Positions 47,704 through 57,513 of a DNA stretch of 64,000 bases are shown here, piece by piece (within the stretch, counting starts at the first letter, position 1; every line of letters starts with the position of its first letter). The stretch comes from Planctomycetota bacterium (GTDB lineage Bacteria; Planctomycetota; UBA8108; SXIK01), in contig CBDCXR010000004.1 of NCBI GenBank assembly GCA_965223845.1, positions 3,488,001-3,552,000 on the forward strand. Reading direction: 5' to 3'. The notes beneath the pieces are model-generated. The model saw only the letters and a program-made list of their open reading frames with translations, was not told where the DNA came from and did not search any database. The position numbers were made by a program, and so were the translations under genes.

Positions 47704-48765
47704 TCACAAACGAACCGACCGGGCCGGATCACTCGCGCCGCGCTGCGCAACATTCACCCACACATGGACGTGCGGCGCACCGCGGAAGTGCCAGACAAAC
47801 GCCGGTCCCTCGACGCGCCAGCAATCCCAGATGCCGTCCTTCCCGATGTCCGCATCGCCCGCCGTAAAGTACTGGAGCCGGAGCGTGTCGATGCCGCCGT
47901 TCCGCGCGAGGTACGACATCGCTTCCTCGACATCCTTCGGCCGAAACATCCCCATCAGACTCTTCAGTGTCACTTCGAGGAGCTCTTTCTGATCGCCGGA
48001 GAGCTCCGAGCCGATGAGTCCGGGGATCTCCGCCTTCGAGCCGAGAAGCCGCATCGCCTTCTGGTTGTCCGGAGGAACCTTGCCGAGGAGTGCCTTTTCG
48101 CGCTGCTTTCCGTCGAGCGCCTGGAACACCTTGTTCGCCGCGCGCGACTGATGCCACCACACGTTGCCGGGATGGTCGGGCTTCTCATTGAACTCGACCG
48201 CGTGGCCGTAGAAGAGCGGCCCACCGAACGCCGCGCCATCGACGGAGTTTCCGTCGCAGCGAAGCGTCGTGTGGCGTCCGGTGAACACCCACTCGAACTT
48301 CGCCTCGCCCGGCTTACCGAAGATCGCGCAGGTGTACTTATCGAAGCCGCCCGCGTCGTCCTTCATCTGCTTTGAGAAGCGCTCGTAGCCATCCTCCGTG
48401 ACGATGCCGCGGAAAATGTTGTGAATGATCTCCTGCTGCTCTTTCGAGTACAGCTTCCCGATCGCTCCGACCTTGGGGTCGACCACATCCCAGTTGTTCG
48501 CGACGTGGCTGCGGAGCTCGTGGTCGAACGAGAAGTGCATCACTTTGCGCTGCTCGTCGTTCAAACTGTCGTAGAGCGCCTTCACCCAGGTTTCGGCCGG
48601 CTTCTTCGCCGCGTTCGCGATCGCCGGTCGCGCGGCGGCAACCGCGGGGATCGTCGGGGCCACGGCGCCGAGGGCGAGCCCGCCGCCGACCGTGCGGAGG
48701 AAGCGTCGTCGGCTGACTGCGTCGCAATCGGGACAAGACGAAGTGCGTGACGTTTCGTTCTTCAT
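47704..48765 (-). CDS. DUF3500-type protein, Tat-exported
   Basis: SRRRFL Tat motif; LYDSLNDEQRK, WVFTGRHTT, GGPLFYGH, WHFRGAPHVH; AAGGGAG SD before ATG 48765. Confidence 0.82.
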   Translation of the reverse strand: MKNETSRTSSCPDCDAVSRRRFLRTVGGGLALGAVAPTIPAVAAARPAIANAAKKPAETWVKALYDSLNDEQRKVMHFSFDHELRSHVANNWDVVDPKVGAIGKLYSKEQQEIIHNIFRGIVTEDGYERFSKQMKDDAGGFDKYTCAIFGKPGEAKFEWVFTGRHTTLRCDGNSVDGAAFGGPLFYGHAVEFNEKPDHPGNVWWHQSRAANKVFQALDGKQREKALLGKVPPDNQKAMRLLGSKAEIPGLIGSELSGDQKELLEVTLKSLMGMFRPKDVEEAMSYLARNGGIDTLRLQYFTAGDADIGKDGIWDCWRVEGPAFVWHFRGAPHVHVWVNVAQRGASDPARSVRL

Positions 48766-49076
48766 GGCGAGGCTCCCTTTTGACCGGTGGCTCCGAGTGC
48801 GTGCTTCGGGATACGCGGAGCGGGCGAGCACAGGTCGTACTGCGCGCCGGTAACCGCGTCGACGAATCCCCATGGTAACGAGCACTGCGCGCCGCGCCAA
48901 AGCCGAGCTTGGGGAAAGCGCCGCGGAATCCGGACGATTCGCGGTGGAGCACCTCCGAGCTCGACACCAGCGGAGAGGCCGCGAAGGTTGATTCTCGCGA
49001 AGACGGGACCGATCATCCGGTGAACTGGATCTCTCCGGACGCGCGTTCCTCCTTCCTTCATACGAGCGACCCTGTC

Positions 49077-50261
49077 ATGACCCTCGACTCCGTTCTTCGC
49101 CACACCCGCCGCGCGATCGCCTCTCTTCTCTGCGTCGCCGTTCTCCTCGTCACGGTCGGCTGCCCTCACCGGTCCCCGACGTGGTCGCCGAACGGTCAAC
49201 GGATCCTCGTCCTCGCCGGCGAGAAGGGTGAGGACGTCGACAAGGCGGCCTCGCAGCTCTGGATCGTCGACGTCACGGACAAGGCAAAGCCGAGAAGATC
49301 GCGGATCGCGGTCCCGGAGCCAGGCTGCCGCTTCCTCTCCGCGACGTGGCTCGCGGACGACGACGACATCTTCGCCCTCACCGGAACGTGGGACGAAGAT
49401 TCCGTCGTCCCGGGATCGGAAAAAGTCTGGCGCCATCGCGGTGGAAAGTGGCAGGCGCTCGCGTTTCCCACGCCGAACGAGGCGCGGGGAACACGCCGGC
49501 TCCCAGTCGTCGTCACGACCTCCACCGGACGAGCCGTCGCGTACCCGGTTCGAGACGAAGCGGTCGCGCTCGTCTCCCTCGCGAGCGGAGAGACGATCGC
49601 TGAATACGAGCCGGCTGAGCTGATCGGTCCCGGACCGGCGGGCGGCCTACTTCTCTACCGTCCCGAAAAGAACTCCGACACCGGCGGATTCGAAATTGTG
49701 TCACTCGACGCGCAGCTCGAAGAGCGGTGGCGCCAGTCGTTCGCGGATCTCCGCTCGTCGATCGCGCAGCGCCTCGGCAGGAAGCCGGTCGAGGTCATTT
49801 TCAACGAGGCATCGACGTCGCACCTCCCGCGAACGGGGAAATCCGGCGCGGCGGCGGATTGGGTGGGCGTGACGATGATCTTCAGCGACGTCGGCTGGAA
49901 GGACGGGATTCGATCCTACTACGTCCAGCTCGACGCGAAGTCCGGAGCGTTGAAAACGGTCGCCCAGGGAACGGGAGTCGCCGGCAAGCCGGAAGTGCGC
50001 GGAGGCGACGTCTGGGCGGCCCTCGCGAAAGACTCGCTCACGAAGAAGCCGACGCGACTCGTTCGCATCGCCCTCGAAACGCGGAAGGTGATCGAAGAGC
50101 TCGCGGTGGGCGCCGGCAATGACGCGGTGCACGGATACGCCGTCTCGCCACAGGGAGACGCCTTCGTCGTATCGATCAACGACTCCCCGCCGCGCCTCGA
50201 GTTCTTCGCCGACTCACTCGCGAAGCCCGTCCGGGTGCCGCTGGTCACGACCGATGAATGA
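49077..50261 (+). CDS. Lipoprotein, probable beta-propeller
   Basis: VLLVTVGC lipobox; PTWSPNG and AVSPQG blades. Confidence 0.7.
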   Translation: MTLDSVLRHTRRAIASLLCVAVLLVTVGCPHRSPTWSPNGQRILVLAGEKGEDVDKAASQLWIVDVTDKAKPRRSRIAVPEPGCRFLSATWLADDDDIFALTGTWDEDSVVPGSEKVWRHRGGKWQALAFPTPNEARGTRRLPVVVTTSTGRAVAYPVRDEAVALVSLASGETIAEYEPAELIGPGPAGGLLLYRPEKNSDTGGFEIVSLDAQLEERWRQSFADLRSSIAQRLGRKPVEVIFNEASTSHLPRTGKSGAAADWVGVTMIFSDVGWKDGIRSYYVQLDAKSGALKTVAQGTGVAGKPEVRGGDVWAALAKDSLTKKPTRLVRIALETRKVIEELAVGAGNDAVHGYAVSPQGDAFVVSINDSPPRLEFFADSLAKPVRVPLVTTDE

Positions 50262-51177
50262 CGGTGGTTCGGCTGCGAGCGGAGACCGGCCCGTCCCCGA
50301 CTCGACGAGCCACAAGCGAGAAAAGCGCACCAGCTCGTTTCGCGGTCTCGCCTTTCGCGTCGGGCGACTGATTGCGATCGGGTACATCGCGGTTCTCGCA
50401 CTCCTCTACTTCCGCCAGCGGGCGATGATCTACCTCCCGCACACGGACCGCCCTCCCGTCCCGCGCGCGGAAATCGAAGAGATCGAAGTCGACACGGACG
50501 ACGGCCTACGACTCACGGGATGGTACTGGCCGGGCGAACGACCGCTCACCGTCGTGATCTTTCACGGAAACGCGGGGCACCGCGGACACCGCTACGAATG
50601 GATGCGCCTCCTCAAACGACTCCTCGATGATCCGGGAGTCGCGGTCCTCGACTACCGCGGATTCGGCGGAAACCCCGGATCGCCGACGGAAGAGGGCCTC
50701 TACCTCGACGCCGAAGCGTTTCTCGCCGCGCTGAAGGCGCGCAGCGCGTCGCCACGGATCTATCTGGGTGAGTCCCTCGGCTCCGGCGTCGCGGTCGAGA
50801 TGGCGCGCCGCGACCCGCCGGCCGCGCTGATTCTTCAGGCTGCGTATTCATCTCTTCCGGACGTCGCGAGCCGCCACTATCCGTTTGTGCCGGCGCGGTG
50901 GCTTCTCAAGGACCGCTTCGAGAGCGTGACGAAGATCCCGGAGATTCGAGTCCCAAAGCTCCACGTCCACGGTGCGCGCGACCGCATCATCCCGATCGAC
51001 AGCGGACGCGCGCTCTTCCATGCCGCAGCAGAACCGAAGATCTGGCTGGAGATCGACACGCGCGGTCACAACGACCTCGTCGGCGGCGAGTACGACCGCG
51101 GGCTCGTCGAGTTCGTCGACGGACTCGACCTGCCGGCGCACGACGCGGACGCGGTCGGCGACGCGCTCGCCGAATAG
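50254..51177 (+). CDS. Alpha/beta hydrolase (Bem46/ABHD13-like)
   Basis: N-terminal TM; FHGNAG, DYRGFG, GESLG, HGARD, GHND. Confidence 0.93.
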   Translation: MNDGGSAASGDRPVPDSTSHKREKRTSSFRGLAFRVGRLIAIGYIAVLALLYFRQRAMIYLPHTDRPPVPRAEIEEIEVDTDDGLRLTGWYWPGERPLTVVIFHGNAGHRGHRYEWMRLLKRLLDDPGVAVLDYRGFGGNPGSPTEEGLYLDAEAFLAALKARSASPRIYLGESLGSGVAVEMARRDPPAALILQAAYSSLPDVASRHYPFVPARWLLKDRFESVTKIPEIRVPKLHVHGARDRIIPIDSGRALFHAAAEPKIWLEIDTRGHNDLVGGEYDRGLVEFVDGLDLPAHDADAVGDALAE

Positions 51178-51227
51178 CACTCCCCACACGTCCCTCGAGA
51201 GGATCGAGCTCGCGGGCGTCCCGCCGC

Positions 51228-52478
51228 TCAACCCGCGAGGTGCTTCTTCACCCAACCCTCGTTCCCGGGCGAGTACTCGTAGAGCGCGTCCTTGAGCGAA
51301 AGCCCCGTGACGTCGATGCGACCGGGGTCGTGCGCTCCGATCCCCGCCTTCGCGAGAAGCTCGAGGTGGTTGTCGCCGCGCCAAACATCCTCGCCGCGGC
51401 CCGCCAGAGGATCGTAGCCCATCGCGGCCACGCAAACGGCGTCGACGTTGACCCCGTTTCGTCCCGCGACGACGAGACCGGGCTCGACCGGCTTCACGCC
51501 CGGGATCCAGGGGCCCTCGCCGCCCTTACACGACTCGATTCCCTCGACGATCGAAAGATCGGCGGGACGGGCGCCGAAGAGATCGGCCGTGACGCGCGGG
51601 ACGCGATGAAACGCGCAGAAACTCTTCTCGAGCGCCCCCCAGCCGTCGTAGCGCTCCGCCGTGATGCCGGCGGGCGGTTTCCGGCGACCGAAATGAAAGT
51701 TGAGCCCGCGGTTTTCCGTCGAGCGTTCGTTGTACGAGTCGTTGCCGTAGAGAGACGTCGGCGCGATTCCGAAGAGGTTCTTCACCGCTCCGGTGAACCC
51801 CGCGTTCGCGTGATTCTTCAGCTTCGCGATCGAGATCACGACGTCCGTGTCCTGATACCGGCGATTCAGGTGATAGGCCGGGTAGATGTATCCGCCCCAC
51901 GGAACGCTCAGCTTTACGTAGTCGTCGAACGAGCCGCGGTTTCGAGTGTCCTCGAACAGGACCTTCTGGTCGCCGGCGGACATCAGCCGCTCGATCTTCC
52001 AACCTTGGCGCTTCAGAATCTCGGCCGGGTCGAGGTTTCGGTAGTAGCTCTCGACGAGATAGATCCGCTTCGCGCCGTGCTTCGCGAGGAGACCGCACAG
52101 CGCCTCGATCATATTCGGGTGCACCTGATAGGTGCGCTCCGCCGGACGACCGCCGAGCCGCCGTCGCCCGTCGCCCGTCGTGTTCAGTTTCACCGTGACG
52201 GTCTTCCCGCCGACGACGGGGCGGAGTCCTCCGGTGCGATCGAACAGATCCTCCAGCGTCGCCGCGAGCTTCGGAACTTCGAACGCGCGGCAGCGCGCGA
52301 CCCCGACCGGAAGCGCGGGCGCGGACGCCGAGAGATCCTTCGCGAGCTCGATCGGCGGAAGATCCGCGACCTCCACCGATTCGGCGCGGGCCCCGGCGAC
52401 GGGAACCACGGCGGCGGCCGCCGTGCCGAGAGTCGTTTCACGCAGGAACGTACGCCGGCTGTAGGGACGCTGCTTCAT
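51228..52478 (-). CDS. DUF362 domain protein, Tat-exported
   Basis: SRRTFL Tat motif; VKLN, ISIAKLKNH...TGAVKNLFG, GEGP, VDAV. Confidence 0.85.
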   Translation of the reverse strand: MKQRPYSRRTFLRETTLGTAAAAVVPVAGARAESVEVADLPPIELAKDLSASAPALPVGVARCRAFEVPKLAATLEDLFDRTGGLRPVVGGKTVTVKLNTTGDGRRRLGGRPAERTYQVHPNMIEALCGLLAKHGAKRIYLVESYYRNLDPAEILKRQGWKIERLMSAGDQKVLFEDTRNRGSFDDYVKLSVPWGGYIYPAYHLNRRYQDTDVVISIAKLKNHANAGFTGAVKNLFGIAPTSLYGNDSYNERSTENRGLNFHFGRRKPPAGITAERYDGWGALEKSFCAFHRVPRVTADLFGARPADLSIVEGIESCKGGEGPWIPGVKPVEPGLVVAGRNGVNVDAVCVAAMGYDPLAGRGEDVWRGDNHLELLAKAGIGAHDPGRIDVTGLSLKDALYEYSPGNEGWVKKHLAG

Positions 52479-52576
52479 CGCGGGACCTCGTGCTCGGAAG
52501 ATTCTCGGAGTCGGTCGACCTCACCCGCCCGCGGCCGCGCGCGGATGGTGCTGGGACGATGCTACCGACGCGCGGA

Positions 52577-53551
52577 TCAGAGCCTCAAGACGATTTTGCC
52601 GCGGTTCGCGTTCGTCTCCATGTACTCGTGCGCGGCGCGAACCTCGTCGAACGGAAACACGCGGTCCATGACCGGAACCAGCTCGCCGGTCTCGACGCGA
52701 GGGAGGACGAGCTCCCGGATGTCGGCGGCGATGGCCGCGCGATCGTCCGCAGACCGATGGCGGAGATTCGTCGCGAGGAGACGAAGCCGCTTCCGGATGA
52801 GAACGCCGAGGTTCACCTCGACGCGCGCACCGCCGACGAGACCGATGAGGACGTGCCGACCGCCTTCGCGCAGTGCACGCGCGTTCTCCTCCCAGTGCTT
52901 CGCGCCGACGAGATCGAGGACGACATCGACACCTCCGGGAACCTCCGCACGAACGACGTCGGCGAAACTTTCTTCGCGGTAGAGAACCGCGCGCTCAGCT
53001 CCGAGCTTACGACACAGCTTCGCCTTCTCCTTCGAACTCACCGTGGTGAACACGCGCGCACCGGTGGCCCGCGCGAGCTGGATCGCCGCGCTGCCGACTC
53101 CGCTCGCACCGGCGTGGACGAGCACCGACTCGCCGTAGGCGAGCCCTCCCACTCGGATCAAGCTCTCGAGCGCGGTCGAGTAGGCCTCGGGGATCGCCGC
53201 CGCGGCGTCGTACGACAGCGTCTCGGGGATCCGCAGCACTTCGGTCGCCGGTACGCCGACGAAGTCCGCGTAGCCGCCGCCCGGGACGAGCCCGCAAACC
53301 GAATCGCCGACTTCGAACCCGCCCGATCCGTCGCCGGCGTCGGCGACCTCGCCCGCGAACTCAAGCCCGAGAACGTCGGTCACCCCTTCGGGCGGCGGGT
53401 AGAGGCCGCGGCGCTGGAGGAGATCCGCGCGGTTGAGCGCCGTCGCGAACACCCGGACGAGTACCTCACCCGGCCAGAGTTCCGGACGCGGACGCTCGAC
53501 GATCTCGAGAACGTCGGGGTCGCCCACTTCGCTGCAGATCACCGCTCTCAC
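52577..53551 (-). CDS. NAD(P)H-quinone oxidoreductase (PIG3/zeta-crystallin family)
   Basis: LNRADLLQRRGLYPPP, LGLEFAG, HAGASGVG, GKIVL. Confidence 0.95.
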   Translation of the reverse strand: MRAVICSEVGDPDVLEIVERPRPELWPGEVLVRVFATALNRADLLQRRGLYPPPEGVTDVLGLEFAGEVADAGDGSGGFEVGDSVCGLVPGGGYADFVGVPATEVLRIPETLSYDAAAAIPEAYSTALESLIRVGGLAYGESVLVHAGASGVGSAAIQLARATGARVFTTVSSKEKAKLCRKLGAERAVLYREESFADVVRAEVPGGVDVVLDLVGAKHWEENARALREGGRHVLIGLVGGARVEVNLGVLIRKRLRLLATNLRHRSADDRAAIAADIRELVLPRVETGELVPVMDRVFPFDEVRAAHEYMETNANRGKIVLRL

Positions 53552-53682
53552 GTTCGAGTCCTTCCGAAAACGCGGCCCCAGCCACGGAAATGAACGGATC
53601 GACTGGAGTCAGCGCTCGTTCACAGCCGATCGATAGCGATGGAAACCCCTCTCTTTCCCGCACCGCAGGAACAGGAGACCCC

Positions 53683-53964
53683 ATGAAGACTCGCCCCTTC
53701 TTCGCCACCCTCGCCCTGGGCGCCCTCTGCTTCGGCGGGATCCTCGCGATGTTCTCCCAGTCTAGCTCGGCGACGTCCAGAGTGCGCTCGACGACCGGAT
53801 TCGGCAACCACATCTCGCTCAACCCGTCCGCGCGCAAGGATCGCTCCTTCGACGAGACGGTCGAGCGCGTGATCCGCTCGGGGCTCGAGCCGCGCGTCGA
53901 AAAAGCGTCGAGCTCGGACGACGGAAACGCGAAGCCGCGACGAAACGTTCTCCGGCTGCGCTAG
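53683..53964 (+). CDS. Small exported or membrane-anchored hypothetical protein (93 aa)
   Basis: AGGAG SD; MKTRPFFATLALGALCFGGILAMF hydrophobic leader; stop shares CTAG with the convergent gene. Confidence 0.65.
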   Translation: MKTRPFFATLALGALCFGGILAMFSQSSSATSRVRSTTGFGNHISLNPSARKDRSFDETVERVIRSGLEPRVEKASSSDDGNAKPRRNVLRLR

Positions 53965-54299
53965 CGGCGCTTCTTCATTCCGCCGAACAGGGCGATCACG
54001 AGCGCCACTACCATGAGCGTGCTGACGACCGCGACTGCGAGCGCGATCGAGTTGGCACCGCCCTGGTTGTAGTATCGGAAGCCCATCATCCCGGCGTTCG
54101 CGCCGGCGACGACCGCACCGACAAGGAATCCCGTCCGCGGACGCTTGAGCGAAAGAAAGCACGCGTAGAGGCTGAGAGCGCCTCCGATTCCGCCGGCGAT
54201 GATCGAGGGGAGGCTCCCGGTCTGCGCGTAGCCGATCCCCCCGCCGATCATGAGGAACAAACCGTAGAGGACCAGTAGAATCCGGGCTGCTATGCGCAT
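53961..54299 (-). CDS. TMEM14-family membrane protein
   Basis: YGLFLMIGGGIGYAQTGSLPSIIAGG; four hydrophobic helices; AAGGAAGAGG SD. Confidence 0.88.
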   Translation of the reverse strand: MRIAARILLVLYGLFLMIGGGIGYAQTGSLPSIIAGGIGGALSLYACFLSLKRPRTGFLVGAVVAGANAGMMGFRYYNQGGANSIALAVAVVSTLMVVALVIALFGGMKKRR

Positions 54300-54413
54300 C
54301 CTCTTCCTTCTCCGCTCGAACCATGCGCTCCGGGGACGCGCGGCCGCAGTCTGAGTGCCGAGCTCCGCTCGACGGCTCGCCGAGGCCGCCCCGTCCCGCT
54401 CACGCCCTTACCG

Positions 54414-55625
54414 TTACGCCTTCAGCGTATCGTCGTGCCGGCTGAAACTCGGCGCCGCGTCGCCGCGGTGCACGTTCGCGAGAGCGAGTCGCGCGCCGTC
54501 ACGCTTGTCGACGTCGTTGTCTTCCCACTCGATGTTCACCGCGCCGTCGAAGCCGGCCCGGTTGAGCTCGATGATGATCTCCTCGACCGAAACCGCGTCG
54601 CGCGCCGTCCCGGCGGTCACGAAATTCCACCCGTTGTGCTTCGTTCCCATGTCGCGGTGCCCACCGAGGAGGCCGCCGCGGCAATGGTCGCGCACGACCT
54701 GCACGCCTTTGATGTGCGCCGAGTAGATGTGCTCGCCGTGCGCACGGATGAACTCGACCCCCGAGACGTTTTGCCACTCCATGTGCGAGGCGTCGAAATT
54801 GAACCCGGCGACATCGCCGTAACCGGCGCCGGCCATCGCCTCGAGAAAATCGCCGGCCGATTCGATGTCGCCCATCGCGCGCTCGGTGGGATGGCACTCG
54901 AGGCCGAACTTCGTTCCGTACTTCTTGCACGCCTCGAACACGGGGCCGAACCGCTCGGCGAGGAGCTCGAAGCTCACGTCCCGAACGTCGCGGATGTCGT
55001 ATCCACCGATGTTGCTCGGGGGAGGCGGGAACTGAAAGAAGCTCGCCCAGCAGTTTGCGGGCGAACCGACGAAGCCCGGGACGACGACGATGCGGTCCTG
55101 CTCCTTCCCGAGGAAGTGGGCGAGCCGAACGGCGTTCACCAGGTGACGCTGTGACGTTTGGTGGATCAAGGCGCCGACCTCGCTCGGAACGAAGTACGGA
55201 TCCTCGCGGGGCGGCTCGTTGCCGGCGGCGCGCCAGGACCGGTAGGCTTCGACCGCCTCGCCGCCGACGAACTGAAGCGTTTTCGCACTCGGCTCGTCAC
55301 CCAAAGCTTGCCCCTGAAGATGAACTGCGACGGTGAAGATCTCGAGTCCGTGGGCCTTGGCCTTCCCGACTCGCTCCTTCGCGTAGGCCTCGGCGCCGGC
55401 ATCGTCATCGCAGCGGTCGAGATCGAGCTCCCACGCCGCCTCTTCCCAGCCATCGTAGCCGAGCTCGGAGATGAAACCGATCCATTCGTCGTAATCAATA
55501 TCGCCGAACTGACCGCGGACGAGTCCGATCTGATGGTAGGAGTGCTTCCCTCGTCGATGTTGAGTAGTTTGCTTGAAGCCCACGGGTCGACCTCCGTTCG
55601 TCACCTGACCGTCGCTGCGGCCCAT
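54414..55625 (-). CDS. Sugar phosphate isomerase/epimerase (AP-endonuclease-2/xylose isomerase-like TIM barrel)
   Basis: GYDGWE, GLECHP, GFNFDASH, AHIKG, NIEWED. Confidence 0.88.
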   Translation of the reverse strand: MGRSDGQVTNGGRPVGFKQTTQHRRGKHSYHQIGLVRGQFGDIDYDEWIGFISELGYDGWEEAAWELDLDRCDDDAGAEAYAKERVGKAKAHGLEIFTVAVHLQGQALGDEPSAKTLQFVGGEAVEAYRSWRAAGNEPPREDPYFVPSEVGALIHQTSQRHLVNAVRLAHFLGKEQDRIVVVPGFVGSPANCWASFFQFPPPPSNIGGYDIRDVRDVSFELLAERFGPVFEACKKYGTKFGLECHPTERAMGDIESAGDFLEAMAGAGYGDVAGFNFDASHMEWQNVSGVEFIRAHGEHIYSAHIKGVQVVRDHCRGGLLGGHRDMGTKHNGWNFVTAGTARDAVSVEEIIIELNRAGFDGAVNIEWEDNDVDKRDGARLALANVHRGDAAPSFSRHDDTLKA

Positions 55626-55821
55626 CGATCAATTCAGTCCATCGAATTCGTCGAGACCTCGTTGACCGGGCGGGGAAACGGGTCCGCGAGCGGTAAACGC
55701 TAACAAGAAGCCCCGATTCCTGCAACAGCGGGCGAGCGTCGAAGCCTTGAGCTAGCGCGCCCAGAATCGCTCCTTGGGACGCCGATTCGCGCTCGCCGGA
55801 TCGGTGCTCCCGCCGCGTCGG

Positions 55822-55851
55822 TTGCGCCCGTTCGGCAGGCGGTGCTACACT
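55822..55851 (+). promoter_or_regulatory. Putative promoter (extended -10) of the CNNM gene
   Basis: TTGCGC-18 nt-TACACT with TGn immediately before the -10. Confidence 0.4.
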
Positions 55852-56172
55852 CTGAGCGGTCTGCGGTGAGGATCCGCGCCCGTGCGCGCGTAGACCTCGC
55901 GCAAGCGAAGCCCGCGGAGGGCGTTCGCGCTCGCTCGTGGGGACTCGAGGGGAGAGGTTCTCCCCCACGCGCGCTTCGCCGTCGGCGTCGCCCGCAGGCC
56001 GCCGCCCCCCAGCTGGGAGTCGAATCTCGGTCGGCCCAACGCGAACGCAGTTTTGTTTCGCGACGGGACCGATCCGCGATGGCGCCGCGTCGAAGCGGCG
56101 ACGAAGCGCGCTGCGGCCCGCGAGCCGCGTCGGGTCGACTCCTCTGGTGGGACGGGCTGGTCAGCACACTCG

Positions 56173-57318
56173 ATGACGACCTTACTGCTCTTCTACGTAT
56201 TGCCGCTGCTCGTCTTCTCTGGACTCACGTCCATGATCGAAGCGGCGCTCTTTAGTGTGCCCATCTCTAGGGTCCACGTCGCCGTGGAACAGAAGCGTCG
56301 CGGCGCGCGTCGACTCCTCGCGATCCAAGAGAATCTCCAGCGGCCGATCGCGACCATCGTCATCCTGAACAACGCGATCAATATCGTCGGCTCGTCCTAC
56401 ATCGGACGCGCGTCGGTCGAAGTGCTTCGCGCGAGCACCTGGATCGAGAGTTTCGGCGATCGCTCGACCGCCCTCGAAACCGCCGTCGGCGCGTTCACCG
56501 CTCTTCTCACTCTACTCGTCATCGTGTTTGCCGAGATCATCCCGAAGACGATCGGCGAGCGCTTCGCGGAGCCCATTTCACTCGTCGCCTCGGGCCCGGT
56601 TCGGTTCCTGACGGCCGCGATGTTCCCACTCGTCGTTCTCATCGAACAGATCTCGAGCCCCTTCGCGCGGAAGGAAGCCCCGCCCGTCAGCGAAGAGGAA
56701 ATCAGTGCGATGGCGCGAGTCGCCAACACATCGGGAAGCATCACCGTCGACGAAGGCGAGCTCATTCAAAACGCGTTCACGCTCAATGACCGCACCGCCA
56801 AGGACCTCATGACCCATCGTCTGGAGCTCTCCTACCTCGCCGCGGATACGAAGCTCGGCGATTTGAATCCGGCGGAGCTCCACTCCGACTACAGTCGCAT
56901 CTTGGTCGCCGATGAGGGCGACCTCGACAAGATCAACGGCGTGGCCTACCTGCGCGATTTGCTCCTCGCGCTCGCGGAAGGACAGACTGGCCGCGTCGTC
57001 GACTCATTTCGCGAGAAAGTGCAGTTCGTCTACGAAGGAATGCCGGCGCACCGGCTCCTTCGCGAATTCCAGCGGACGCGTCAGCACCTCTTCGTCGTCG
57101 TCGACGAATACGGCGGGACGAGCGGCGTCGTGACCCTCGAGGATGTCCTCGAAGAGCTCGTCGGCGAGATCGAGGACGAGCACGACGAGCGCGAAGCGAG
57201 CTACTCGTCGAGCGAGGCGAGCGGGGTGCGAAAAAAGGCGGACGAGAGTTCGCCGTCATCCGGACCCGACTCGTCGGAATCGGCCGCGGGTGATCGTGCG
57301 GCGGCGCGAACGCCCTAA
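56173..57318 (+). CDS. CNNM (DUF21) + CBS-pair protein (hemolysin/CorC-like metal transporter)
   Basis: FSGLTSMIEAALFS, FAEIIPKTI, YSRILV, VVDEYGGTSGVVTLEDVLEELVGEI. Start ATG 56173. Confidence 0.93.
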   Translation: MTTLLLFYVLPLLVFSGLTSMIEAALFSVPISRVHVAVEQKRRGARRLLAIQENLQRPIATIVILNNAINIVGSSYIGRASVEVLRASTWIESFGDRSTALETAVGAFTALLTLLVIVFAEIIPKTIGERFAEPISLVASGPVRFLTAAMFPLVVLIEQISSPFARKEAPPVSEEEISAMARVANTSGSITVDEGELIQNAFTLNDRTAKDLMTHRLELSYLAADTKLGDLNPAELHSDYSRILVADEGDLDKINGVAYLRDLLLALAEGQTGRVVDSFREKVQFVYEGMPAHRLLREFQRTRQHLFVVVDEYGGTSGVVTLEDVLEELVGEIEDEHDEREASYSSSEASGVRKKADESSPSSGPDSSESAAGDRAAARTP

Positions 57319-57348
57319 CCCGGGATTCTCCCCAGATTCTACGGCGCC
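57316..57348. repeat. 33-bp imperfect direct repeat, copy 1 (begins at the CNNM stop codon)
   Basis: TAACCCGGGATTCTCCCCAGATTCTACGGCGCC; 28/33 identical, ungapped, to 58237-58269. Confidence 0.75.
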
Positions 57349-57412
57349 ACCGCATGTCGCGAACCGAGCATCGGATGTGCCGCCGCCCTGTTTCGGGACC
57401 GAGCTCGCGCGC

Positions 57413-57464
57413 GAAAACGAAGGACGGCGACGGCCCCCACGTAGAGGCCGTCGCCGTCCTTCGT
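57413..57464 (-). terminator. Intrinsic terminator of sodA
   Basis: Perfect 19-bp arms 57417-57435 / 57446-57464 with a 10-nt loop and a short T-run on the minus strand, ~50 bp after the sodA stop. Confidence 0.8.
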
Positions 57465-57513
57465 CCGGCTCGTCACGCGCGGCCGGACGGACCGTGCGAA
57501 CTTCCCACGTCCG

